From Candidatus Poribacteria bacterium (GTDB lineage: Bacteria; Poribacteria; WGA-4E; WGA-3G), in NCBI GenBank assembly GCA_965218285.1, contig OZ244616.1, positions 1,255,827-1,319,826 on the forward strand: DNA of 64,000 bases. The letters run 5' to 3'. A model generated the notes under the pieces. The model searched no databases. It had not been told where the DNA came from and saw only the letters and a list, made by a program, of their open reading frames with translations. Both the position numbers and the translations under genes were made by a program. This document shows, one piece after another, positions 1 through 10,525 of the stretch; positions within the stretch are counted from its first letter, which is position 1, and each line of letters begins with the position of its first letter.

Positions 1-1250
1 GAGATTACTTTACCCGCTCTGTCAATAAGCCACGGTGATGGAATACCTTTTACCTTATACTGTTTCCGAATTGGGGTTTCCCATCCTTCACTTGTGAAAA
101 TTTGTCGCCAAGGAAGGTTACAAACTTTTAGAAATTTGTTTAGTTCTGCTTCATCAGTGTCAAGGCTAATCCCAATGACATCAAATCCCATATCTTTATA
201 GGTATCGTAAACCTTTTTCACGTTCGGCATTTCCCCGATACACGGTCCACATGTGGTTGACCAAAAATCGAGTAGGACAACTTTCCCATGATAATCCTTA
301 AGTGAAATCGGATTGCCATCCATGTCTTTTGTAGAGAAATCTGGCGCAGGCTTTCCAATCATCTCCAACCTTGAATCAGCTTTGAGAAAATACGCTTTTG
401 CAAGTTTAGCGTTGCCTTTTTCTTCATGAATCATGGCGATTTCCCTGAAGATACTTGTTATAAAATAGTTTTCCTGTTCGGTATTTTCAAGGTGTTGTAG
501 AAGTTGAAGTGCCTCCTCATGCCTGCCGATCATTTTTAGCATGTCAACAAGGGTCCAATAGTCTCGAAACCGCATGATGTCCTCATCTGGTTTCATGACA
601 GATTTGAAACTATCTATGAGATTTTTAGCATCTTTATCCCGTTCTGCTTCTACATAGAGGCGAATTAGTTCAGAATAGAGTTTGAAAAAATCAGGATTTT
701 CAGGGACCAGTTGAAGTGCTCTTTCATACGCTGTGATGGCTGCTTCAAGGCTTCCGTACATTTTTACAGGATGCTTGTCCCAAAAAGCGTCTGATAAGTA
801 AATATTGTTGGAATAACTTAAATTCAGATAAAGATTTGAGATTAAAGTAGAATCTATATCATGGTTGGCATGGTGCTTGCATCGGACGATTGGATTGGCA
901 TCACCATATACGCGGCGTTCTTCGTTTATCCATTCACGATAGTCAGGGTCAAACTCGTTGTAATAACTTACTGGTAGATCAGGGTCTGTGTTATAGTGTA
1001 TAGTTGGTATGCCTTGATCTTCATCTGCGGGACAGATCAGAGCATCTGCGTCACTCAAATACTTAGGATGAAGTTCAGATAGCCACTCTGGAAAATCAGC
1101 ATGTTCCTTTTCATAAGCTTGTAACGCTTTACCAATTTCCTCCAAGTTCCCAGCGCATTTATTTAGATTTTTTGCATCCACTTCCTTTAATATGGATTCA
1201 TCTTCCGTCACTGCAGAAATAGCGGAAACTAACAACTTACTCAAATTCAT
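1..1250 (-). CDS. TPR-containing TlpA/redoxin-family protein, 3' end outside the window
   Basis: Manual translation from ATG 1250 (GAGGA upstream): MNLSKLL...PAPDFSTKDMDGNPISLKDYHGKVVLLDFWSTTCGPCIGEMP...GIPSPWLIDRAGKV; CxxC thioredoxin fold preceded by TPR-like helices; not in the ORF track. Confidence 0.85.
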   Translation of the reverse strand, partial: MNLSKLLVSAISAVTEDESILKEVDAKNLNKCAGNLEEIGKALQAYEKEHADFPEWLSELHPKYLSDADALICPADEDQGIPTIHYNTDPDLPVSYYNEFDPDYREWINEERRVYGDANPIVRCKHHANHDIDSTLISNLYLNLSYSNNIYLSDAFWDKHPVKMYGSLEAAITAYERALQLVPENPDFFKLYSELIRLYVEAERDKDAKNLIDSFKSVMKPDEDIMRFRDYWTLVDMLKMIGRHEEALQLLQHLENTEQENYFITSIFREIAMIHEEKGNAKLAKAYFLKADSRLEMIGKPAPDFSTKDMDGNPISLKDYHGKVVLLDFWSTTCGPCIGEMPNVKKVYDTYKDMGFDVIGISLDTDEAELNKFLKVCNLPWRQIFTSEGWETPIRKQYKVKGIPSPWLIDRAGKVI

Positions 1251-1453
1251 TCAATTCCTCCGTTATACTATGTGTTAGATTTCAATATCAAAATGTATAC
1301 AAGTTCGTTGTTACACATTTATGGATGCAGTTCTGGAGAAAAGGAAGAGGCATTAAGACCTATTGTTGTAGGTGCGGAAATCGTGTAGGTATAAAAATAG
1401 TGGAAGGCTTTGTAGCCTTCCACCTTGATGATCACTTATTTCAGAGGAATAGA

Positions 1454-4036
1454 TTATTTCAGGATCAACATTTTACGGGTAGCAGAAAAATCACCTGCAG
1501 TGAATGTATAAAAATAGACACCGCTTGCTACGGATTCACCTAAGGTGTTCATACCATCCCAATATGCAGCACGAGAACGACTCTCATAAAGTCCTGCAGA
1601 TTGATGTCCTATTACCAAAGTTCGGACAATTGTGCTGTCTGCAGCGTAGATAGAGATGCTAACATCAGCTGGAGCTGCCAACTGATACGGTATCCACGTC
1701 TCCGGGTTGAACGGATTCGGATAGTTGGCAAGTAGGACTGTCTCTTTTGGAGCCAAGGTTTGCCAAATTTGTTCCAAAACCTGAATTCCTCGTTGATATG
1801 TTCGCGGATCCACTTTTGAGGTTTGAATAGTTTGTGATGGGCCCTGCTTAGCAAGTTTCAACCACTCCTGTACCTGTGCTGCAGTGAGCTGCTCTTTTGA
1901 AAGCGATTGCATAGAAGGTGCCGATTCAATATTGTTCAATGCATTCGCAAGTAAATAGAGATCCGAAAGATTGACAATGCCGTCACCGTTGAGGTCTGCG
2001 GGACTGTCTCCAGTTTCTCCGAAACTTGACGCAACCAGCACTATATCCAGTATATTCAAAACACCGTCGTTGTTCACATCTGCGAATACCGTGAGAACTT
2101 GTGATACACTCATTGGAAGTGGGAATGCCCACAAAAGGACAGTTCCATCAAAACTGCCGCTTGCAATTATGCTTCCATTAGGACTTACGGCAACACTCGT
2201 GATAGAATATGTGTGACCTTCAAGTGTATGAAGTTGTTCTCCTGTGGCAATGTCCCACAAGCGGATAGTTGCGTCATAACTGCCACTAACAAGGACTTTA
2301 CCATCTGGACTAAAAACAATACTTGTAGCATTCGCAGGAAGATCTGTGGGTACATCTTCGGTCAATTCTTCCGGCGTGCCTACTGGAATTTCGCGATCAA
2401 TCGGTCTGCGGAATGTCTGAAGAAGATCCGCTGTTTGAACATCCCATAAGGAGACCTTGTCACCACCACCACTGGCAAGCATTTTACCATCCGGACCGAA
2501 TGCAACTGCCCAAACATCATCCTCATGTTCGCTGATAGTGTGTATAACATCGCGTGTTTCCATATCCCATAAGATAATTTTATCGTCACGACTACCACTG
2601 GCAAGCATGGTGCCGTCAGGACTAAAAGCCAATGTTTCAACACCCGCTTCATGCTCCCATAACCCTCCGATATATCGACCTGTGGAGACATTCCACAGAC
2701 GGATGCTGTCGTCCTCACTGCCACTTGCGAGTATACTACCATCAGGACTGAATGCGAGGCTTATCAGATAGGAATAGTGTCCTCTGAGCGTTTTGATGTG
2801 TTTACCTGTCATAGCATCCCATAAACGGACGGTGTTGTCTTGGCTACCACTTGCGAGTGTTCTGCCATCAGGACTGAACACAACAATGTCAACATCATCT
2901 TGGTGACCGATGAGGGTATGCCGAAGTTGACCCGTATCAGCATCCCAAAGGCGTATGGTTTTATCCCAACTCCGAGTGGCAAGGATGGTGCCATCAGCAC
3001 TGAACGTGACGCTCACAACAGCATCAGTATGTCCAGTGATAGTTTCCAAATGTTCGCCTGTAACAGGGTCCCATGAACGTATTGAGGCATCCCACGCGCC
3101 ACTTGTGAGCACGGTGCCATCCGGCGTGAAAGCAAGTCCGTAGATATCAGCGGTATGATCGACAAGTGTGTTTAAGTGATCGCCTGTGGCTGCGTCCCAC
3201 AATCGGACGGTGTCATCTTCACCTGCACTCGCCAAAATACTTCCATCTGGACTAAATTTCATGTCATAGATATGAGACGTATGTCCGATAAGGGTGTCCT
3301 TGATCGTCCATGTTGTCGTATCCCATAGGTGGATAATAGCATTCAAATCTCCACTGGCAAGCGTTTTCCCATCAGGACTGACGACAACACTGTCAACATT
3401 ATCTCGATGTTCTTCAAGCGTTTGCAGCGGTGCTCCTGATTCAACATCCCAAATTCTGATAGTATCATCTCGACTGCCGCTGATGATGGTGCTGCCATCA
3501 GCACTGAAAGCAACGGTGTTGATACCATCCGTATGTCCTTTTAGGGTGTGTAGCAGTTCGCCTGTTTCAAGATTCCACAGTCGAATAGTTCTGTCTCTAC
3601 TACCACTTGCGAGTACAGAGCCATCAGGACTGTATACGAGGCTACGGATACTTGCCCAATGTCGATCGAGTGTCTGTAGGATTTCACCGGTTTCAGGATC
3701 CCATAAACGTATAACCCCATCCGCGCTGCCACCTGCGAGAATGCTCCCATCAGGGGAATATGAAAGTGCAGAAATGGCATATCCATATCCAGTCAATAGC
3801 GAGATTTCTTCATCGGTTGCGGTGTCATAAATCCAAATACCGAGGGAACCCGCAGCTGCAAGTCGTGTGCCATCCGGTGAGTACTGGATTTCATATAGCC
3901 AACCTTTGCCGAGACGCGCTGTTGCACCTTCAGGTAGATGCCATTGTGGCGAATCCTGAGCGAAAACGTTGGGTTGATAGAACGTTGAAACACAAAATAG
4001 TGTCAAAAATATAGAAAACAAACTTTTTTTCACCAT
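1454..4036 (-). CDS. Secreted WD40-repeat protein with dockerin-like EF-hand and C-terminal FlgD/T9SS-like domain
   Basis: Signal peptide, many GH...SPDG...IRLWD repeats, DVNNDGVLNILD, NYPNPFNPETWIPY...TRKMLILK. Confidence 0.93.
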   Translation of the reverse strand: MVKKSLFSIFLTLFCVSTFYQPNVFAQDSPQWHLPEGATARLGKGWLYEIQYSPDGTRLAAAGSLGIWIYDTATDEEISLLTGYGYAISALSYSPDGSILAGGSADGVIRLWDPETGEILQTLDRHWASIRSLVYSPDGSVLASGSRDRTIRLWNLETGELLHTLKGHTDGINTVAFSADGSTIISGSRDDTIRIWDVESGAPLQTLEEHRDNVDSVVVSPDGKTLASGDLNAIIHLWDTTTWTIKDTLIGHTSHIYDMKFSPDGSILASAGEDDTVRLWDAATGDHLNTLVDHTADIYGLAFTPDGTVLTSGAWDASIRSWDPVTGEHLETITGHTDAVVSVTFSADGTILATRSWDKTIRLWDADTGQLRHTLIGHQDDVDIVVFSPDGRTLASGSQDNTVRLWDAMTGKHIKTLRGHYSYLISLAFSPDGSILASGSEDDSIRLWNVSTGRYIGGLWEHEAGVETLAFSPDGTMLASGSRDDKIILWDMETRDVIHTISEHEDDVWAVAFGPDGKMLASGGGDKVSLWDVQTADLLQTFRRPIDREIPVGTPEELTEDVPTDLPANATSIVFSPDGKVLVSGSYDATIRLWDIATGEQLHTLEGHTYSITSVAVSPNGSIIASGSFDGTVLLWAFPLPMSVSQVLTVFADVNNDGVLNILDIVLVASSFGETGDSPADLNGDGIVNLSDLYLLANALNNIESAPSMQSLSKEQLTAAQVQEWLKLAKQGPSQTIQTSKVDPRTYQRGIQVLEQIWQTLAPKETVLLANYPNPFNPETWIPYQLAAPADVSISIYAADSTIVRTLVIGHQSAGLYESRSRAAYWDGMNTLGESVASGVYFYTFTAGDFSATRKMLILK

Positions 4037-4048
4037 AAAATTCTCCTT

Positions 4049-6717
4049 TTATTTTTTTATTAACATTTTACGCGTAGCAGTCTTCTGAGTATGAGCTTGT
4101 GAGCTGCGCCCTACATCCCCCGCTGTGAGTGTATAAAAGTAGATACCACTCGCAACAGATTCAGCTTGAGCGTTTTTACCATCCCAATACGCAGCACGGC
4201 TACGAGATTCATAGACACCAACAGGTTGATGTCCTAAGTTAAGCATCCGAACCAACTTCCCATCTACAGCATAGATGGAGATGCTAACATTGCTAGGCTT
4301 TGCCAACTGATACGGTATCCACGTCTCCGGGTTGAACGGATTTGGATAGTTAGGCAATAACACCGTTTCCTTTGGTGTCAATGCACCCAAAAGTTGTTCC
4401 AAAACCAAAATGCCACGTTGAAAAGCGGGATCTGTAAAGTTAATCTGCCGCGCTTCATGTAGCCAAGCTTCTACCTCTGCCCGTGTAGGCATAGTGTCCA
4501 GTTTGAGACTCAAGATATCAGGAGCAGAAGCCGTATTTCCTAACGCCCCTGCAACTAATATCAGATCCAAAATATTTACAATACCATCACCGTTAATATC
4601 CGCTACTGATTCACTTGTCTCTCCAAATTGTTGTGCAACGAGGACTAAATCCTGAATGTTAATGACACCGTCAGTGTTGACATCCTCTGGAGGATATATC
4701 GCTTTTGGTGATATAAGTGTGTAATCCCACACCAACACTGTGCCATCAATACTTCCACTTGCAAGTGTTGAACCATCCTGACTAAAAGCTAAACTGTTGA
4801 CGTAATGGGCATGCCCAGAGAGTGTGTGATATACTTTACCTGTATTAACATCCCATAAACGGATGGTGTTCCTATTGCTACTTGCAATTGTTCGTCCTTC
4901 CGGACCAAAAGATACACTCTCAATAGATATAGGTTGTTCTCTGAGAGTGTGATTGAGTTTACCGGTTTTCACATCCCATAAACCGATTTTGCTCCAGCTG
5001 CTACCAGCGATTGTTTGACCATCCGGACTAAAAGATAGGCTCCTGATGTTTTCTGTATGTCCAGTGAGGGTGCGGATGAGTTCATGAGTATTCGCATCCC
5101 ACAGACGAATCACTCCCCAACTTCCACTTGCGATAGTCTGTCCATCAGGACTATATTCAACATCATACACAACTTTCCTATGACCAATTAGGGAATGGTA
5201 CAGATTTCCTGTGTCTACATCCCAGAGATGGATTTGCTTCTCACTTGCACTTACGATGGTTTGTCCATCTGCACTGAATGAGATGCTAAATATCTTCTCA
5301 TTATTCCCGTTTTCTGTTAGCATACGCTTTTGTTCACTGGTTATAACATCCCATAGACTGATGACATTATCAAGCCCCACACTTGCAAGTGTCTTCCCGT
5401 CTGGGCTGAAAGATACGTTTTTTACCACATCCATATCCTCTGTGAGTGATCGGAGGCGTTCACCTATAGTCACGTCCCATAGGGTGGCACCATCCCAACC
5501 GGCACTTGCAAGCACCTGTCCATCTTGACTGAATGCAATACCGTTGACCCTATACGTGTGTTGTGATGTGAGTGCGCGAAGATGTGTGCCGTTATTTGTA
5601 TTCCATAAACGGATACTCCCATCACCACTGGCAGTAGCGAGTGTTTGACCATCAGAACTAAATGATACGCTTCCGACATACCATGTATGCTCATTTAGTA
5701 TTTCAATAGGTTCACCCGTAACCGCATCCCATAAAATAACAACTCCAGTCCAACCTCCAGCGGTCGCCAGCAGACCATTTGAGCTATATGCTATACTAAC
5801 GTGAGCTCGGTGTAAGAAATAACGTGAGTTTTGGTATAGATAGGAGGGTGTTTTTACCTGTTTTTACCTCCTAAACCCCTTAAACAGGGGAAATTAGTGG
5901 AAAAAACCTGCGAATTCGTGAAAGTAGGCTTATACCGAGCTCACGTTATACTATGTACATTTCCTGTATGCTGCTCAAGTAACCGCGTCTGTTCCGCTGT
6001 CTCAACATCCCAAAGATATATGGTAATGTCTCCTCCGCTGGCAAGCGTTTTGCCATCCGGACTAAACGCTACACTTTTGACCCCAGACCGATGTTTTATA
6101 ATCGTGTGGATGTTTTCGCCTGTGTACACATCCCATAAACGAATGGTATTATCCTCACTACCGGTTGCGATTGTCTCTCCATCCGGACTAAATGCTACGC
6201 TTATTACGGCAGCAGTATGACCGGGGAGTGTGTGTAGGAGTTCACAAGTATTCACATCCCATAAATGAATGGTATGGTCATAACTTCCACTTGCGATTGT
6301 CTTTCCATCCGGACTGAATGAGACACTGATTACTTCATCCGAATGTCCTGTGAATGTGTGAATAAGGTCCCCCGTGTTAGCATTCCATATCCGAATGGTT
6401 CGATCACTGCTACCACTTACGATTGTCTGACCATCTGGACTGAATGAGATGCTATTAACCTCACCTGTATGTCCCGTAAACAGATCAAGTTCATCGCCAG
6501 TTTGTGTATCGTAAATCCAAATACCGATAGAACTCGCGACAGCTAACCGTATGTCATTTGGAAAGTAGGCAATTTGGTTGATTCTACCTTTACCGAGACG
6601 CGCTATTGCGCCATCGGGCAAACTCCATTTGGTGTAATCTTGGGCGAAACTGGTTGGTAGATATAAGGTTGAAACAACAAGTAGTGTCAAAAATATAAAA
6701 AACAAACTTTTTTTCAC
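4049..6717 (-). pseudogene. WD40-repeat/dockerin/FlgD protein interrupted by a MITE at 5799-5946
   Basis: ORFs 5941-6717 and 4049-5515 join in frame (837 aa, ...HTGNVHSI-AYSSNGLLATAGGW...) when the 148-bp insert plus one 7-bp duplication is removed. Confidence 0.9.
5799..5946. mobile_element. MITE with (TA)ACGTGAG-type inverted ends
   Basis: ACGTGAGCTCGGTGTAAG ... CTTATACCGAGCTCACGT inverted ends; TATACTA directly repeated at 5792-5798 and 5947-5953. Confidence 0.9.
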
Positions 6718-6732
6718 AATAAAATTCTCCTT

Positions 6733-8889
6733 TTATTTTTTAATTAACATTTTACGCGTAGCAGTGTATTTCTCTGCTGTGAGCGTATAGAAATAGATAC
6801 CACTTGCAACAGGTTCACCAACTTCATTTTTACCATCCCAATACGCCGCACGACTACGACTTTGATACAACCCCGCTGGTTGCTGTCCAAGTGCCAACCT
6901 CCGCACCAAAGTGCCGTTCACAGCATAAATATGCAGTGTGACCTCCGCATCTTTTGCCAAGTCATAGGGAATCCACGTCTCAGGATTGAACGGGTTCGGA
7001 TAGTTTGGCAAAAGTGCTGTTTCTTTAAGTGTTAATGCTGCAAGCATCTGTTCTAGTATCAGAATCCCACGTTGAAAATCAGGGGTAGTTAGGTTGACTT
7101 CCCGTGCTTCACGCAACCATCGTTGAACATCGGCAGCAGAGACCGCCTCCTCAAATCCATCTAGTAGGAAGGACACCGATCCGTTGCCAGCAGAAGGTGC
7201 TGCTACCATATCCCCAAATGTTGCGAAGGCCATAATCAAATCAAATATATTAACAACCCCATCCCCGTTGAAATCCGCAACGTTATCGCCTTCTTGTTCG
7301 AAGTTTGAGGCAATCACAAGAAAGTCTAAAATATTGACAACTCCATCTTTGTTAATGTCTCCAGGGAGTATCGGGAATTCTGTTATCTTGGCATATTCTA
7401 CGCGTAGTTGTGAAACCGCCCCTGTGCTATTGGTCAACTCCACATCAGATAAACTTAAGGTGGAAGTTTTCGCTGCAACAACCTCAAAGGTAACTGTGGC
7501 GAGTGTCTCAGCACCGTTGCGTCCTGCAGCTGTAGACGTGGCACTAAGTGTCACAGTATTACCTTCAACAAGTGGTGCAGCAAAGGACGCACCTATAGGT
7601 AGATAATCTCCGTTGGCACTTCCCACATAGCGGAGTGCAGTCGGATCAAACTTTATGGTTGACTTATATTCCACGATATCTACTCCAGCTTCAATAGTAA
7701 GAGCCAGTGTGAGTCGTTCTCCGACATCCGGTGATACCGTTGGAGATGGAGATAACTTGACAGAAGTCATTGTCGGATCAGTTGGCAGAATCTCAACGCC
7801 GTAGTCGTATATAGGTTGCGCAAATTTAGTCTTAACTGTGACGAGATTCTGTTGGTTTTGTCCGTTTAAGTTAGCACACCGGATATGATCACTCGGGGCT
7901 AAAGTTTCGGATGCCTTCCAAAAAATTTTTCCACGAGCACTGTCCACGACAATATCCCGTAATAGTAAGAAAATACCATTCCTTGTGAGAATCTTTTGTT
8001 GGTTTTGTCCGTTAGGGTCCGCAGACCATATTACAAACAATCCAGTCTCATATTCATATTTTAACCAATAGATTTTATCAGAAGCGTTGTCCACGACAAG
8101 GGAAAATAGTCCATCTGAAATATTACCTTCAACAAGAACTTGTTGATTTTGTCCATTAAGGTCGGCACACCAAATGGTATCCGAATCCGTAAACCAGTCG
8201 TACTCAATCCAATACATTTTTCCATTGTTGCTGTCAACAACGAGTTCGGATAGTTCCTCAACTTCATCACCTTTTGTGACAAGGGTTTGTTGGTTTTGTC
8301 CATCAAAGTCCGCACACCGGATACTTCCTATTTCTTCGCCCCAATCGTAACTTGTCCAATATATTTTTCCATTGTTGCTGTCTATAACAAGGTCGGATAG
8401 TTCCTCATCTTCATTACCTATGAAGAGAGTTTGTTGGTTTTGTCCGTTGAGGTCCGCAGACCAAATGTTTTCCAGGTATGTATCCTGATCGGAGCTTGTC
8501 CAATATATTTTTCCATTGTTGCTATCTACAGTGAGGTTGAATAGGGATTCATTTTCACTGCCTATGACAAGGTTTTGCTGGTTTTGTCTGTCAAAGTCCG
8601 CACACCGGATACTATAGATTGTCTTATCAGTATCGGAGGCAATCCAATAGAGTTTTCCACTAACACCGTCCACAACAAGGTCGTTTGCCCTGCCCTCCAT
8701 TGTGACAAGGGTTTGTCGGTTTTGCCTATTAAGCTCGTCAGACTCAATGCTATAAGCTGTTCTGTCATCGTTGGAGGCAATCCAATAGATTTTGGAGTCT
8801 CCATAGGTAACGCTTTGGGCAATAACGGTTAACAATGTTAGAACTAAAGAAAACATAAATTTTTTTATATTGAAATTTTGATTTTTCAT
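6733..8889 (-). CDS. Secreted YWTD/LDL-receptor-like beta-propeller protein with cohesin-like, dockerin-like and FlgD/T9SS-like domains
   Basis: Repeats L.VD...GKIYW...I.CAD.DGQNQQ; FDPTALRYV cohesin-like segment; GDINKDGVVNILD; PNYPNPFNPETWIPY. Confidence 0.88.
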   Translation of the reverse strand: MKNQNFNIKKFMFSLVLTLLTVIAQSVTYGDSKIYWIASNDDRTAYSIESDELNRQNRQTLVTMEGRANDLVVDGVSGKLYWIASDTDKTIYSIRCADFDRQNQQNLVIGSENESLFNLTVDSNNGKIYWTSSDQDTYLENIWSADLNGQNQQTLFIGNEDEELSDLVIDSNNGKIYWTSYDWGEEIGSIRCADFDGQNQQTLVTKGDEVEELSELVVDSNNGKMYWIEYDWFTDSDTIWCADLNGQNQQVLVEGNISDGLFSLVVDNASDKIYWLKYEYETGLFVIWSADPNGQNQQKILTRNGIFLLLRDIVVDSARGKIFWKASETLAPSDHIRCANLNGQNQQNLVTVKTKFAQPIYDYGVEILPTDPTMTSVKLSPSPTVSPDVGERLTLALTIEAGVDIVEYKSTIKFDPTALRYVGSANGDYLPIGASFAAPLVEGNTVTLSATSTAAGRNGAETLATVTFEVVAAKTSTLSLSDVELTNSTGAVSQLRVEYAKITEFPILPGDINKDGVVNILDFLVIASNFEQEGDNVADFNGDGVVNIFDLIMAFATFGDMVAAPSAGNGSVSFLLDGFEEAVSAADVQRWLREAREVNLTTPDFQRGILILEQMLAALTLKETALLPNYPNPFNPETWIPYDLAKDAEVTLHIYAVNGTLVRRLALGQQPAGLYQSRSRAAYWDGKNEVGEPVASGIYFYTLTAEKYTATRKMLIKK

Positions 8890-8914
8890 CTGATTTTCCT
8901 TTGTGATAGTATTT

Positions 8915-9125
8915 ATATCAAATTAACTTGATTCGACGTTTTCTGATGAAGTCAGGCATTGTGAGGAGGACTCAGAGACCTTGCACTACAAATCGCGTTA
9001 ATTTAGTATTATATCAAATTAACTTGATTTATCTCATTTTTCTTGGGACTAGGTGCGGTTAGAAACCGCACCTACCGGACCTGGGGAAATCGGGATTACC
9101 GATTTAAATACTTAATCTTCATGAA
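8915..9125. repeat. Two adjacent ATAYCAAATTAAC-type REP-carrying elements
   Basis: ATATCAAATTAAC...GTTAATTTAGTAT (8915-9009), then a second left end at 9011 with a GGTGCGGTT/AACCGCACC hairpin. Confidence 0.7.
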
Positions 9126-9141
9126 AGCGCGCCTACCCGTG

Positions 9142-9400
9142 AATATAAGAGGCGCAATGAATTGCGCGACTACAAACAAATATAAGAGGCACAATGAATT
9201 ACGCGACTACAAACAAATATAAGAGGCGCAATGAATTGCGCGACTACAAACAAATATAAGAGGCGCAATGAATTGCGCGACTACAAACAAATATAAGAGG
9301 CGCAATGAATTGCGCGACTACAAACGAACATAAGAGGCGCAATGAATTGCGCGCCTACCCGTGAATATAAGAGGCGCAATGAATTGCGCGACTACAAACG
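9142..9400. repeat. Tandem array of 7 x 37-bp REP units
   Basis: AATATAAGAGGCGCAATGAATTGCGCGACTACAAACA starting at 9142, 9179, 9216, 9253, 9290, 9327, 9364. Confidence 0.95.
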
Positions 9401-9459
9401 GGTTTTTTGTTAATGTGATGCCATCATTCAGAAATGGTATTATGTATTTGAAAAAACTG

Positions 9460-10518
9460 CTAAAATTGCCCAGAGACAGAGATACGTTGTGAACCGCCGA
9501 GGGTGTGCGTGTTGAAAGCGTAATCAACAAAAAACGTCATAGTGCTAACACGCAATTGGAGTCCAGTTCCAGCAGAAAATCCATGCCCATTCCAACCGCA
9601 GCGCAAAGCAAGTGTGTTGAAGAGCCAATATTCCGCCCCAGTGCGAAAGACAACTCCTCCCCCTGAATCAGTTCCTTCTTCTAAATCACCTTGGTCAGTT
9701 TCAAAGTCTGCGCTGATGCTGCCTTTGCCGAAACTTGGAAAGGTAAATTGGTATGCACCGCCAAATCGTAGACGGCGATTGCGAGTGAATGTTGGTTTAT
9801 CTGCTGTATCCCACCGAATTTGCGTGCCAGTGGCATCAAGCAACATTGTGCCGAATCGTAGACCTTTGTAAGGAGTTAGAATAATACCGATGTCAATACC
9901 GAATCCGTTTCCACTGTATTCAAAAATAGATTGGTTGAGAAGTTTGAGGTTGCCGCCAACAGCAACAATTGGGTGTATTTGACGTGCATAAGAGATTAGC
10001 AATGCATTGTCTGTATTACTGAAATATTCCGCAACTGTGGGTCTGTCAATATAGAGTTCGCCTTCATCTTTAGTACCGTTGCCATTTATGTCTTGAAAAT
10101 CACCAAGATTGCCGTTATTATCAATGTCAATGAACGTAGTGCGCGGTATATCGTCAATTCCGAGTCGAATCCAACTCAGCCCAAGGCTGCCGATACCCTC
10201 AATCTGATGAACATAGTTAACGAAATTGTAGTTGACCAAACCTTTGCCAAGAAAACTCCCGTCTCCAGTGCTAAAGGTGTCGGAATACATTGCTGAAAAA
10301 CTGTGTTTTTTGACTTTCGTCAATCCAGCGGGATTCCAGTAAGTAGCAGTTGGATCGTCAGCGATGGCGACAAATGCACTTCCCATTCCGAGTGCACGCG
10401 CACCCACGCCGTGGCTAAGAAAATCGGCTGCGTGCGACCCTTCATCAGCTGCGAAAGCGATTATGGGTAGGATGAGACATAGTATGAGTAAAGAGAAAAA
10501 GATTTTTGATATTTTCAT
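9460..10518 (-). CDS. PorV/PorQ-family outer-membrane protein
   Basis: Signal peptide from MKISKIFF; ADFLSHGVGARALGMGSAFVAIADDPTATYWNPAGL motif; beta-strand C-terminus ending in F. Confidence 0.8.
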   Translation of the reverse strand: MKISKIFFSLLILCLILPIIAFAADEGSHAADFLSHGVGARALGMGSAFVAIADDPTATYWNPAGLTKVKKHSFSAMYSDTFSTGDGSFLGKGLVNYNFVNYVHQIEGIGSLGLSWIRLGIDDIPRTTFIDIDNNGNLGDFQDINGNGTKDEGELYIDRPTVAEYFSNTDNALLISYARQIHPIVAVGGNLKLLNQSIFEYSGNGFGIDIGIILTPYKGLRFGTMLLDATGTQIRWDTADKPTFTRNRRLRFGGAYQFTFPSFGKGSISADFETDQGDLEEGTDSGGGVVFRTGAEYWLFNTLALRCGWNGHGFSAGTGLQLRVSTMTFFVDYAFNTHTLGGSQRISVSGQF

Positions 10519-10525
10519 AATGTTT

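Noticed and set aside
9142-9400. CRISPR array
   Set aside because: Units are contiguous with no unique spacers; no cas genes
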